This document shows positions 1 through 10,482 of a stretch of 32,000 nt of DNA, one piece after another; position 1 is the first letter of the stretch; the number at the start of each line of letters is the position of its first letter. The notes under the pieces are model-generated. The model was not told the DNA's origin. It ran no database searches and saw only the letters and a list, made by a program, of their open reading frames with translations. Position numbers and translations under genes: made by a program. This DNA comes from Candidatus Blochmanniella floridana (GTDB taxonomy: Bacteria; Pseudomonadota; Gammaproteobacteria; Enterobacterales; Enterobacteriaceae), in contig BX248583.1 of assembly GCA_000043285.1 (NCBI GenBank), forward strand, positions 90,001-122,000, read 5' to 3'.

Positions 1-1197
1 GGTCATACTATTGTAGTAAACCATAAGAAAGTTACTTTACATTTAATTCCTTCTGGTATTTTACATGATAATATAATTAATATTATTGCAGGAGGAGTAG
101 TATTGTCTCCTGTCATTTTAGTTAAGGAAATACAAAAATTAAAAAAAATAAATGTGTTGGTAGATGATCGTATTTTTATTTCAGAATCTTGTTCTTTAAT
201 TTTACCTTATCATATAGCTATAGATTTAGCTAGAGAAAAAATTTCAACTACTGTTATTACTAATAATAATGTGATTATTGGAACTACTGGGTGTGGTATT
301 GGTCCAGCTTATGAAGATAAGGTAGCTCGTCGAGCATTGCGTGTGTATGATTTATATAATTTAAAAAATTTTGAAAATAAATTAAAGAATATAGCTGATT
401 TTTATAATTTTCAATTAGTACAATATTATCATGCAGAGCCTATTGATTATCATGTTGTTATGGATGAAATTATAACTGTATCTGATATTTTAATAAAAAA
501 AGTTATTGATGTGCCTGAATTATTACTGAATGCTCGAAAAAGAGGAGATAAAATTATATTTGAAGGAGCACAAGGTAGTTTATTAGATATTGATCATGGA
601 ACATATCCGTATGTAACTTCTTCTCATACTACTTCTGGAGGAGCAATAGTAGGAATAGGTGTTGGGCCAAAATATATTGATTATGTGTTAGGGATTATGA
701 AAGCGTATTCTACTCGTGTTGGAAACGGTCCATTTCCAACTGAATTATCAGGAGATATAGCAGAATGGTTATGTACACGTGGTCAAGAATTTGGTTCTAC
801 AACAGGGCGACGTAGGCGTACTGGGTGGTTTGATGCTGTATCTGTACGACATGCTATTAAAATTAGTTCTATTAATTCGGCTTGTTTGACTAAAATTGAT
901 ATATTAGATGGATTAAAATATGTTAAAATTTGTGTTGCATATCAATCGTTTAACGGAGAGATTATATATAATTTTCCGTATTCTCTAGAAAATTTAAAGA
1001 ATATAACACCGGTATACGAAGTATTACCTGGATGGTCTGGTAGAACTACTGGTATTAAGAAATTTAATCAATTGCCTTTAGAAGCTAAACAGTACATTAA
1101 ACGTATAGAAGAAGTTATTGGAATTCCAATAGATATAATTTCTACTGGACCAGATAGATTGATGAATATTATAGTAAGAAATCCACTAAATTTTTAA
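1..1197 (+). CDS. purA: adenylosuccinate synthetase, 5' end outside the window
   Basis: Frame 1 is open from base 1 (GHTIVVNHKKVTLHLIPSGILHDN... precedes the track ORF), so the TTG at 103 is not the true start. The product aligns along its length with E. coli PurA (GIGPAYEDKVARR, FEGAQGSLLDIDHGTYPYVTSS, TTGRRRRTGW, ISTGPDR). Confidence 0.95.
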   Translation, partial: GHTIVVNHKKVTLHLIPSGILHDNIINIIAGGVVLSPVILVKEIQKLKKINVLVDDRIFISESCSLILPYHIAIDLAREKISTTVITNNNVIIGTTGCGIGPAYEDKVARRALRVYDLYNLKNFENKLKNIADFYNFQLVQYYHAEPIDYHVVMDEIITVSDILIKKVIDVPELLLNARKRGDKIIFEGAQGSLLDIDHGTYPYVTSSHTTSGGAIVGIGVGPKYIDYVLGIMKAYSTRVGNGPFPTELSGDIAEWLCTRGQEFGSTTGRRRRTGWFDAVSVRHAIKISSINSACLTKIDILDGLKYVKICVAYQSFNGEIIYNFPYSLENLKNITPVYEVLPGWSGRTTGIKKFNQLPLEAKQYIKRIEEVIGIPIDIISTGPDRLMNIIVRNPLNF

Positions 1198-1404
1198 AGA
1201 TGGTTGATATTATATCAGATAAAGTAAATATTGTGTATTGCATAAGATATTAGTTTTTGGATATATTAAATATTAATTTTGTAAATGTATATTTACAAAT
1301 ATACAGATTATTTGTAAGGCATACAGTATTTGAATTATAAATGAGATTGTGTTGAATATAGATGATAGTATTTGAAATGAATTTATTGTGGTGTAATCAA
1401 TAAA

Positions 1405-2169
1405 ATGAGTGAATTAGTATACGGAATTCATACTGTGGAATCTATTGTAAATCAAAGTCCTAATCGAATATTAATAGTATATATCGTAAGTAATCCAAGA
1501 GATTTAAGATTAAAATCTTTGATTTATCGAATACGTAAAATGAATATTAATATTCAAGAATGTACTCGTCGAGTGTTAAATATAAAATCGATGAAATCTG
1601 CACATCAAGGTATTATCGCTGAAGTAATTCCTATGCCTGCGTTAAATGAGGATTATTTATTACACTTTTTGAAAACTAAGAATAATATTATACCATTATT
1701 GTTGGTATTGGATGGTATAACTGATCCACATAATTTAGGTGCGTGTATACGTTCTGCAGATGCTGCTGGAGTACATATGATTATTGTTCCTCGTGATCGT
1801 TCGGCTAATGTCAATGCTACAGTAAGAAAGGTAGCAAGTGGATCCTCGGATCGTGTACCTTTTGTGAGAGTTACTAATTTATCAAGAACTTTAAAGTTAT
1901 TGAAAAAGTATAATATTTATATTGTAGGATCTGTTTTAAGATCTAATCAAATTTTATTTAATACTAGATTAATTGATCCTATAGCGTTAGTGATGGGTTC
2001 TGAATCATCTGGTATTCGTCGATTGACAAGGGAAAATTGTGATAAACTTGTTCATATTCCCACCTTGCAATCTACCGTATCTTTAAATGTATCTGTGGCT
2101 ACAGGAATTTTTTTATTTGAAACGGTAAGGCAGCGTAAATATCAAAATGGTTTTATTAATTATTCTTGA
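1405..2169 (+). CDS. rlmB: 23S rRNA (guanosine-2'-O)-methyltransferase, SpoU/TrmH family
   Basis: The N-terminus MSELVYGIH and the motifs LDGITDPHNLGACIRSADAAGV, LVMGSESSGIRRLTRE and SLNVSVATGI match E. coli RlmB. It lies downstream of purA as in E. coli, with nsrR and rnr missing. Confidence 0.9.
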   Translation: MSELVYGIHTVESIVNQSPNRILIVYIVSNPRDLRLKSLIYRIRKMNINIQECTRRVLNIKSMKSAHQGIIAEVIPMPALNEDYLLHFLKTKNNIIPLLLVLDGITDPHNLGACIRSADAAGVHMIIVPRDRSANVNATVRKVASGSSDRVPFVRVTNLSRTLKLLKKYNIYIVGSVLRSNQILFNTRLIDPIALVMGSESSGIRRLTRENCDKLVHIPTLQSTVSLNVSVATGIFLFETVRQRKYQNGFINYS

Positions 2170-2398
2170 TATACTGTTGTGATAATGGTATGGAGTTCGA
2201 TATATATTGTTATTATTGGAACTTTAATTAATGCGATAGGTGTTTGATATATAAATTTTTATATTGATGTGAAATTGATATGTATATGAGAGTGTGTTGG
2301 TATATATTGATTAAGATTGATTCGTATATTATTAGAATATACCGTTAATATGTAGAATTGTTGTATATTTGAAATTTTTATAGTAAAAGGAAAATATA

Positions 2399-2761
2399 AT
2401 GCGTTATTATGAAATAGTTTTAATAATACATCCTGATTCTGATAATCAGATTGATAACTTAGTTAATTATTATTCTGAAATAATTATCAATTCTACAGGA
2501 AAAATTCATCGTTTGGAAAATTGGGGGCGTCGTCAATTAGCATATGCTATAAAAAATTTAAATAAAGCTTATTATTTATTGTTAAACATAGAGATTTCTA
2601 AAAATATTCTTGATATATTAGATAATGATTTTCGTTTTAATGAGATTATTTTGCGTTATTTAATAATGAGAACGAAGAATATAATAGTTGATCCATCTGC
2701 TATGGTTAAGAAGAAAGATGATAATAATCAAGAAGGTAATAATTCTACTGTTTGTATATAA
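2399..2761 (+). CDS. rpsF: 30S ribosomal protein S6
   Basis: MRYYEIVLIIHPD...KIHRLENWGRRQLAYAI matches E. coli S6. An AAGGA Shine-Dalgarno lies upstream. Confidence 0.95.
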   Translation: MRYYEIVLIIHPDSDNQIDNLVNYYSEIIINSTGKIHRLENWGRRQLAYAIKNLNKAYYLLLNIEISKNILDILDNDFRFNEIILRYLIMRTKNIIVDPSAMVKKKDDNNQEGNNSTVCI

Positions 2762-2838
2762 GCAGTAGGTGATGCGTGTTGTGTTCAGTGAAATATTTAT
2801 TAGAGTATGTATAAAATATATAAGATCGGAGTCATATT

Positions 2839-3075
2839 ATGAGTATATTACCACGTTATATACGTCATCGTAAATTTTGTCGATTTACGGCAGATAAGTG
2901 TATTTATGTAGATTATAAAGATCTGTCGAAAATACAACATTCTATAATAGAAAATGCTAAAATAATACCCAGCCGTATTACGGGAACTCGATCTAAATAT
3001 CAGCGTCAGTTGGCTCGAGCTATTAAAATAGCTCGTTTTTTGTCATTGTTACCGTATATTGATCAAAATCGATAA
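2839..3075 (+). CDS. rpsR: 30S ribosomal protein S18
   Basis: RKFCRFTA...[31 protein letters not shown] matches E. coli S18. A GGAG Shine-Dalgarno lies upstream. Confidence 0.95.
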
Positions 3076-3151
3076 TAGATAGGTTTATTATTGATATTTT
3101 TATGTTGATTAGTAGTATTGTTATGATAATAATGTAAATAGAGATATAAGT

Positions 3152-3637
3152 ATGAAAGTAATTTTATTAGATAGTATTGATAAGGTTGGTAAAATTGGTT
3201 CAGAAATAATTGTTAAATCTGGTTATGCTCGTAATTTTTTGTTTCCAAAATCTAAAGCAGTATTATCTACAAAAAAGAATTTGGCTATTTTTAAAAAGCA
3301 GCAACATATATTAAAATCTAATCTTGATAGTAAGAGATTGAAAGCTGAATTTCGTGCAAAGGCAATAAATGATTTAGGTAGTATTACTATTACTGTCAAG
3401 TCTAGTATTCATGGAAAACTGTTTGGATCTATTGGGTCAAGAGATATAGCAAAATTAATAACTGAATCTGTTGGTTTTGAAGTACATAAATCTCAGATTA
3501 GATTGCCTAATAGAGACGCATTAAAATCGATAGGGGAGCATAATGTATGTATTCATGTGTATAATGAAATATATGCAAATTTAACTGTTCATATACTGAA
3601 TAGTGTTTTATTTCAAGATAAAAGTAAAAAGAGTTAA
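3152..3637 (+). CDS. rplI: 50S ribosomal protein L9
   Basis: MKVILLD...GYARNFLFPKSKAV...GKLFGSIGSRDIA matches E. coli L9. The rpsF-rpsR-rplI order is conserved. Confidence 0.95.
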   Translation: MKVILLDSIDKVGKIGSEIIVKSGYARNFLFPKSKAVLSTKKNLAIFKKQQHILKSNLDSKRLKAEFRAKAINDLGSITITVKSSIHGKLFGSIGSRDIAKLITESVGFEVHKSQIRLPNRDALKSIGEHNVCIHVYNEIYANLTVHILNSVLFQDKSKKS

Positions 3638-3779
3638 TATAATTGTTTAAATAAAATATAAATAATTTATTTGTTGTGAATGTAAGAATATATAATGTTA
3701 TGAAAATGAATTTGTTTATTTTTGCAATGAATAAAGAGCTTGATGTAATTTATACGTAATAATTGTAATACATAAATAT

Positions 3780-4589
3780 ATGTTTGAATATAGTAATAAA
3801 ATGATAGTAGATCAAATAATTTATATTGCTCGTATAGCTGGAATGGAAATAATGAGAATTTATACAGGGTTTGGACATCGTAAAATATATGTACAACAAA
3901 AAATGGATCAGTCTCCTGTAACCAATGCTGATTTAATTGCGCATCAAGTTATCGTATATTTATTACGGAATTTAACTCCTAATATTCCTATTATATCAGA
4001 AGAGTGTATTCCAGAGTGGAGAGACTGTAGGCATTGGAATAATTTTTGGTTAATTGATCCTCTAGATGGAACTAAAGAATTTTTATCTCGTAATGGTGAA
4101 TTTACTGTAAATATTGCTTTTATACAAAATGGAGAACCTACCATAGGAGTAGTATATGTTCCAGTGTATGATGTGTTGTATGTTGCTAATTATGGTCAAG
4201 CTTGGAAAATTAATTCCATTGGGAAACAAGAATTATTAAATATTACTGATTATACTTATATGTCTAGATATAAAAATCCCCTTGTCGTAATGAGTAGAAC
4301 GTGTATATCTGAGTATGATCAAAAGTTATTAAATGATTATTTAATGCAGATTAAAAATTATAAAATTGTTAATATTGGTTCATCGTTTAAATTTTGTTTA
4401 GTAGCAGAAGGGATAGCACATTTTTATCCGCGGTTTTCCTCGACTAAAATTTGGGATACCGCTGCTGGACATGCTATTGCTAAAGCAGCTGGAGCTTTAG
4501 TTAATGATTGGAATGGATATCCTTTAAATTATAGTAGTATTAATAAATATTTTTTAAATCCTGGATTTCAAGTATCACTGTGTAGTTAA
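3780..4589 (+). CDS. cysQ: 3'(2'),5'-bisphosphate nucleotidase
   Basis: SPVTNADL, WLIDPLDGTKEFLSRNGEFTVNIA, GSSFKFCLVAEG, WDTAAGHAI and FLNPGF match E. coli CysQ. Alignment with E. coli MLDQVCQLAR suggests the second in-frame ATG at 3801 (MIVDQIIYIAR) may be the true start. Confidence 0.85.
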   Translation: MFEYSNKMIVDQIIYIARIAGMEIMRIYTGFGHRKIYVQQKMDQSPVTNADLIAHQVIVYLLRNLTPNIPIISEECIPEWRDCRHWNNFWLIDPLDGTKEFLSRNGEFTVNIAFIQNGEPTIGVVYVPVYDVLYVANYGQAWKINSIGKQELLNITDYTYMSRYKNPLVVMSRTCISEYDQKLLNDYLMQIKNYKIVNIGSSFKFCLVAEGIAHFYPRFSSTKIWDTAAGHAIAKAAGALVNDWNGYPLNYSSINKYFLNPGFQVSLCS

Positions 4590-4764
4590 ATATAATTATT
4601 ATTTTATTTATATATAAATGTGTATATTTAATGACTTATCATATTTATATGATAGGTTAGATATTTTTTTTAAAAATTTCATTGTTATTGAATATAATGT
4701 TGTGGAAGTTTTTTTTAAAAATCATATATGTAAATTGAATACATATTACATATGAGGATAGGAT

Positions 4765-6539
4765 ATGTTATGTAATATAATTATAGTAAAATATAATAAA
4801 GGGATTTTTATAATAAAATTATTTTTTTTTATATTATGGTTTTTGATCCCTGTTTTTGGAGAAAGTAATATTTCCATAGTATTAGAGGGGTTAGATTCAC
4901 AAATAGAATATAATATACGTAAACAGCTTTCTTGTATTCAGTATGATTCAAAAAGTACTGATTTGGATATTAGTAATCAAATAAATAATATAATTCAGTG
5001 TAATTTAAAAGCTTTAGGTTATTATGAACCTAAAATTAAGATTATTTTTCCTGTTATTAATACAGATGATAAAAAATTACATACTGTGATTGTAAGGATT
5101 AATCTTGGAGATCCAGTAAGAAATATTAAAATTAATATTAATATATATGGAGAAGGAAAAGATGATCCAGATTATTATCAAATAATAAAAGATAGTCGTT
5201 TTTTTTTGGGAAAAATACTGAATCATAGTGATTATGAAAAATGTAAAATGAAATTATATAATTTAGCAATTTCTAAAGGTTATGTAGATGCTAAATTTCA
5301 AATTAATAAACTGATTGTAATACCTGATTTGTATCAAAGTATTTGGGATATTCATTTCTATACTGGTAATCGTTACATGATTGAATCAGTAATATTTCAA
5401 GGAAGTCAAATACAGGAAGGTTATTTAAAAAATATTTCTAATATAAGTATAGGTAAGTTTTATCAGGCTGATTCCATCATGGAATTAAATCGTCGATTAT
5501 TTGCTACTAATTGGTTTGAATCTATTTTTGTATCTTCAGAACCTATTACATGTTGTAAAAAAAAACTGTGTTGCATGTGTTGCTAGTTCCAAAAATGAGA
5601 AATAGTTTTGAAATTGGATCTGGATACTCTAATGATACTGGACCAAGAGCTAAGATTGTTTGGAAAAAACCGTGGGTTAATTCATATGGTCATAGTTTGG
5701 AGAATCATTTTTCTTTATCTATGTTAGAACAATTTATAGATATAAATTATAAAATCCCAATTTTTCGTAATCCTGTAGAGGAATATTATTTAATTCAAGG
5801 AGGATGGATATATGAAAATATATATAATTTACAATCTCAAATAATGAGTGTCAATATAGCACGTTATTGGAATTATCTTAACGAGTGGCAACGAGTAGTT
5901 AATTTGCATTGGTATGTTAATCAATGTATACAAAAAAATAATTTAATGAAGACTATAATGTTGATTTGTCCTGGGATTAGTATAAACCGTATTCAACAAC
6001 GAGGAGAGGGAATGCCATATTGGGGTAGTAGTCAACGTTATACGGCCAATATATCAACTAATTATTGGAAATCAGATGTTGATTTTATTATTTTGCAAGC
6101 TCAAAATGTTTGGATTCGAACATTAGTTAAGAAACATCGTATTTTAATGCGAAGTAATTTACATTGGATGAAAATTAATAATTTATCATTTATTGTTCCG
6201 ACTTTACGGTTTTTTTTTAATCAGGATCGCGGAATTCGAGGATATGATAATAAATCTTTGATGGCATATGATTATTTTAAATACACAAAGTTAATTACTA
6301 CTACTATTGAATATCAATATAACGTATTGGGTAAATGGTGGAGCTCTATTTTTATAGATATGGGTGAAATTAATGATTATTTTAAATGGAAAGATTTTAA
6401 GTTTGGAGCAGGTATCGGGATACGTTGGCAATTACCAGTAGGACCTATAAAATTAGATATAGCAATTCCGTTGATACGGTCAGTAAAAATAAATCATAAT
6501 TTTTTACATTTTTATGTAAATTTAGGACCGGAGTTATGA
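4765..6539 (+). pseudogene. tamA: translocation and assembly module outer-membrane protein TamA (YtfM, Omp85 family), interrupted by a frameshift in a poly(A) run; possibly still expressed by slippage
   Basis: ORF 4765..5586 (frame 1, signal peptide plus POTRA-like N-half) and ORF 5568..6539 (frame 3, barrel half: GSGYSNDTGPRAKIVWKKPWVNSYGHS, LRFFFNQDRGIRGY, FYVNLGPEL) together equal one E. coli-type TamA. The frame change maps to the A9 run at 5557-5565. A GAGGA Shine-Dalgarno lies before 4765. Confidence 0.85.
5557..5565 (+). other. A9 homopolymer at the tamA frameshift site
   Basis: The sequence is tgttgt-aaaaaaaaa-ctgtg. Frame 3 is closed upstream by TAA at 5556-5558 and frame 1 ends at TAG 5584-5586, so the frame switch must occur here. 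Confidence 0.9.
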
Positions 6540-9500
6540 CTTGTTTTAGAAAATTTTGTTTGATTACTTTTATAAGTTTAATTGTGTTCTGTATTTTTTT
6601 TGTATTTTTATTTGGAACTAATATTGGAACATATTTTATTTTTATAGGTATAATAAAGCATATTCCAGGATTAACGTTTGATGCCGTTTCTGGGAGATGG
6701 GGTAATTTTTGTATTGTTCGTATTGTATATCAAATACCTTCTATAGGTATATTAAAAATTGATAAATGTGACGTATCAATAAAGTTAAAAGATATTTTAA
6801 ATAAACAAATATTTTTAGAATATATTTATTTAAAAAATGTTACTTTATACACAAAAAAAATTAATTGGATAAATAAGAGATCAGAAAATGTTAAAAAAAG
6901 TAATAACTTTTTTAGTAACTACTCAGTTATTGCAAAAGATATAAAATTATCCAATGTTCATGTTATATCAAATGATGTTCAAGTACAATTTCAAAAATGG
7001 AATACTGGTTTAGTTTTTCATAATAATTCGTTAAAGATATTATCTTCATATGTTTCGACAGGATCTGTATTATTTAATTCTATGTTACGGAATATTGTAA
7101 CAAGAAAAATGGATACTGTGATATCTTCAAAATTTTGGTTAAAAAATGCATCATGTATTAAACATGTATTGATGGATATTATTAATAATAAATTTATATC
7201 TTTTCTTAAATACGATAATACTATGCATTTTGAATTATCAGATATATATGGTGAAAATTTTCGTATCTGTTATGGTTCTCTCAATAATGGGTATATAGTT
7301 AATTGTTTTAATTTTCAATCGTCTTTGAATAAATCAATAGTAAATGTGAAATTAAATATTAATGCTCCAGGAGTGACTTTCGATGTTGTAGGTATGATTT
7401 CATTATTTGATGATTATCCAATACATATAGTATCTAATTATATTATGTATCCTGTTACTCAAGATCCTTATATTAAACCTAAGGAAGATTTTAAAAAGAA
7501 GATTACATTAATAGTTACAGGATTAGTTATGGATGAATTATGTATAAAATGTAATTTTGTAAGTGTTGAGTCTGTAATTAATATTGTATTAAAAATTCAA
7601 TTAATGTTATCAGGAATACCAATGCAGTTATCTATTGTTGGTTATGAAATACCGATTTCTTTATTTAAGAATGTTAGTAGATGTTTGGTAAAAAAAATGG
7701 GTATTTATATAACAGACGAAGTTCGTAAGTATTATATTTATGTAACATCTGAGTTATTTCATGAAAAATGTGATCCAATACATATATTTTTGTATGCGCA
7801 TGGTGAAATGAATAGTTGTGTTGTTTCTGAATGTAAAATTAATATTTTGAATGGGTGTTGTAAAATAAATGGATCAATTAATTGGAATGATTTAGTTCAT
7901 TGGAATATTATATGTGTATTTAATAATTTTGATGTTTATAAAAAATGTTTGATATTATATCCAATAAAATTATCAGGGAAGATTATTGCATGTGGACATT
8001 TTTCTGCTAATGCATGGGAAATTATGATATCTCATTTGAATATCCATGGAAATATTAAAAATAATTATATGAAATATAGCGGTATGATTTGTATTAATTC
8101 TAATGGAGAGTGGAATATTGCTACGGATTTATTAAATAATGGAGTCAATATATTAACGGTACAAGGAGGAATGCAAAAGAATCATGTTTTTGATATTGGT
8201 TTAAAGTTTAATATAATAGATTGTTCAGTGTTTTCACCAAATTTAACTGGAAATGTGTTGGGTGATTGTAAATTATTTGGATCTGTTGAATCTCCATCAA
8301 TTTTATTAAAGATTAATCTATGTTCTATGAGTTGGAAAGATAAGGATGTAAAGATTAATGATATATTAATTGACAGTGTGATTTGTACTAATGGGTTAGA
8401 TCAAAGTAGTATTCTTTTAAAGGTAAATAATATAGAATACGGTAGTATTATGTTAAATCAATTACTGATACAGGGTCAAGGTAATTTTTTTGAACATTAT
8501 TTAAAATTAACGATACTTGGTAGTGAATTATTTGGAGTATTAAATATCATTGGAAAATTTGATTTGGGAAATCAAATTTGGAACGGTATAGTAAAAAAGA
8601 CAGATATTATTACTCCTGTGGGGACTTGGAAAATAATAGATGATGTTGTTTTAATATATAAAAACTTGTTTAGAAAAATTATTTTACAGCCATTTTCTGT
8701 AGAAATTCCTTTTTTTCAATTTTCTGTTTCTATTGATTTTCAAAAAATTTTTTTAGAAAAATTATATGCAATATTTAAAGATTTAAATTTCATATCTAAA
8801 GATATGAAATTTATTGAAAAAATAATGATGAGTAATGTGCGTATATGTTGTACGGAATTTTATTGGTATTGTAACAATACATTACCTGAGGGATCTATAT
8901 TATTTATGGGAAATAAGTTAGATATTATTTTTTTAAATAAAGAAGAAATAATACCCATTAATTTTAATGATGTTTCTTTGCGTGTAGTGTTAAATCAGAT
9001 GGATTTTTTTTGTAACGGAATAGCACAAATATATGGTAATCAGTTTTTTGTAAAATTTTTAATTAGTTATATAAGTGATATTCCAAAAATTTCAGGAAAT
9101 ATATGTATTGATAATGTTAAATTAATACCGTTCTTACATGTGTTATTGAAATCAAAAAAATCTATTGAAGGATTATTGAATATAAATCTTAAATTTTATG
9201 GGGATTTATATTGTCCGAAAATTTATGGTTTTGTGGTTGTCAAATATTATGTCTTGAATAAACCTATTGATTTATTGTTTATAAAAGATGGTGTTATGAA
9301 AGTGAATTTTTTTGGAGATTATGCTTTAATAGATGGGGTTGTAAATGTAATGAATGGAGGAAGATTATATCTAGATGGGAGAATTATTAATTTTAATGTT
9401 ATTCAAAATTTTAAGATTTTATTAAATATACAAGGAAATCAAGTAGATTTTTATTTGTCTCCAACAATGTATGTAAAAATATTTCCTAAATTGACGTGTA

Positions 9501-10396
9501 CAATAACTGTAAACACGATTGATATTCAAGGGGATATAAATGTTCCTTATGGATATATTAAAATTAAGGATTTTCAAAGAAATATTATGGGAGTTTCTTC
9601 TGAAGAAATTGTTTTGAATGATAAATTTAAACCAATTACGAATAAACCTAAAAATGTAGGTATGTTGACTATTTCTAATCTTATTATTCATATAGGTAGT
9701 GATGTAAATTTTAATGGATTTGGTTTAGATGTCAAATTAAAAGGTGATTTAGAAATTTCATATGATGAAAATAATTTAAATATAACAGGTCAAATCCAAA
9801 TACCTTCTGGATCTTGTAAAATTTATAGTAAAAATTTAATGGTACAAAAAGGTCAAGTATTATTTTCTGGCCCAATAAATCAAGTATATCTTAATGTCGA
9901 AGCAATACAGAAGATTAACGTTGTTTCATGTAATATGAAAGATCCAGTAATAGCAGGTATACGTATTATTGGGATGGTTGATAAATTAAAATTAGAATTT
10001 TTTTCTAATTCAGCATTTTTATCACAACAAGAAATAGCATCATTTTTGTTAGATGAATATAATTTAACATTATCTAATGCAAGTGATTTTGATAATAAAA
10101 TAGCATCATTATTGATTGGTGTTGGCGTCAACAGATATGAAAAGTTTATTAATAAGATTGGTAACGCATTAGGAATACGAGATTTAACAGTAAATACTCA
10201 AGGCTTTGAATCTAGATCGTTAATAGCATTAAGCGGATGTATTGCTCCTGGATTACAAATTAGGTATGGTATTAGTATTTTTGATTTATTAACTACAGTG
10301 ACAATAAGGTATTGTATAAATTCTCAATTATATCTAGAAGCGACATCCGGGGGTTACGATCAGACATTGGATCTTTTATATAAATTTGATTTTTAA
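6536..10396 (+). CDS. tamB: translocation and assembly module inner-membrane protein TamB (YtfN, AsmA-like/DUF490)
   Basis: This is a 1286-codon uninterrupted ORF. It has an N-terminal TM anchor followed by GTNIGTYFIF...IPGL, and a C-terminus ...LYLEATSGGYDQTLDLLYKFDF like E. coli TamB. ATGA overlaps the tamA stop codon. Confidence 0.85.
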   Translation: MTCFRKFCLITFISLIVFCIFFVFLFGTNIGTYFIFIGIIKHIPGLTFDAVSGRWGNFCIVRIVYQIPSIGILKIDKCDVSIKLKDILNKQIFLEYIYLKNVTLYTKKINWINKRSENVKKSNNFFSNYSVIAKDIKLSNVHVISNDVQVQFQKWNTGLVFHNNSLKILSSYVSTGSVLFNSMLRNIVTRKMDTVISSKFWLKNASCIKHVLMDIINNKFISFLKYDNTMHFELSDIYGENFRICYGSLNNGYIVNCFNFQSSLNKSIVNVKLNINAPGVTFDVVGMISLFDDYPIHIVSNYIMYPVTQDPYIKPKEDFKKKITLIVTGLVMDELCIKCNFVSVESVINIVLKIQLMLSGIPMQLSIVGYEIPISLFKNVSRCLVKKMGIYITDEVRKYYIYVTSELFHEKCDPIHIFLYAHGEMNSCVVSECKINILNGCCKINGSINWNDLVHWNIICVFNNFDVYKKCLILYPIKLSGKIIACGHFSANAWEIMISHLNIHGNIKNNYMKYSGMICINSNGEWNIATDLLNNGVNILTVQGGMQKNHVFDIGLKFNIIDCSVFSPNLTGNVLGDCKLFGSVESPSILLKINLCSMSWKDKDVKINDILIDSVICTNGLDQSSILLKVNNIEYGSIMLNQLLIQGQGNFFEHYLKLTILGSELFGVLNIIGKFDLGNQIWNGIVKKTDIITPVGTWKIIDDVVLIYKNLFRKIILQPFSVEIPFFQFSVSIDFQKIFLEKLYAIFKDLNFISKDMKFIEKIMMSNVRICCTEFYWYCNNTLPEGSILFMGNKLDIIFLNKEEIIPINFNDVSLRVVLNQMDFFCNGIAQIYGNQFFVKFLISYISDIPKISGNICIDNVKLIPFLHVLLKSKKSIEGLLNINLKFYGDLYCPKIYGFVVVKYYVLNKPIDLLFIKDGVMKVNFFGDYALIDGVVNVMNGGRLYLDGRIINFNVIQNFKILLNIQGNQVDFYLSPTMYVKIFPKLTCTITVNTIDIQGDINVPYGYIKIKDFQRNIMGVSSEEIVLNDKFKPITNKPKNVGMLTISNLIIHIGSDVNFNGFGLDVKLKGDLEISYDENNLNITGQIQIPSGSCKIYSKNLMVQKGQVLFSGPINQVYLNVEAIQKINVVSCNMKDPVIAGIRIIGMVDKLKLEFFSNSAFLSQQEIASFLLDEYNLTLSNASDFDNKIASLLIGVGVNRYEKFINKIGNALGIRDLTVNTQGFESRSLIALSGCIAPGLQIRYGISIFDLLTTVTIRYCINSQLYLEATSGGYDQTLDLLYKFDF

Positions 10397-10482
10397 ATTT
10401 TCATTATCAATTATTATTACATAATTCAGTGTGAGACAAATAGTGGGTAGTATACTGTATATAAAAATATTATATAATATGA

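Noticed and set aside
1279-1298. Hairpin ttgtaaat-gtat-atttacaa after purA.
   Set aside because: The stem is 8 bp and entirely A/T apart from one G-C pair, and it has no U-tract. It is indistinguishable from background.
4635-4671. Hairpin cttatcata...tatgatagg after cysQ, followed by a T8 run.
   Set aside because: The stem is weak (two G-C pairs and one G-U) and the T-run starts 7 nt after it. This is not the geometry of an intrinsic terminator. It is possible but unsupported.
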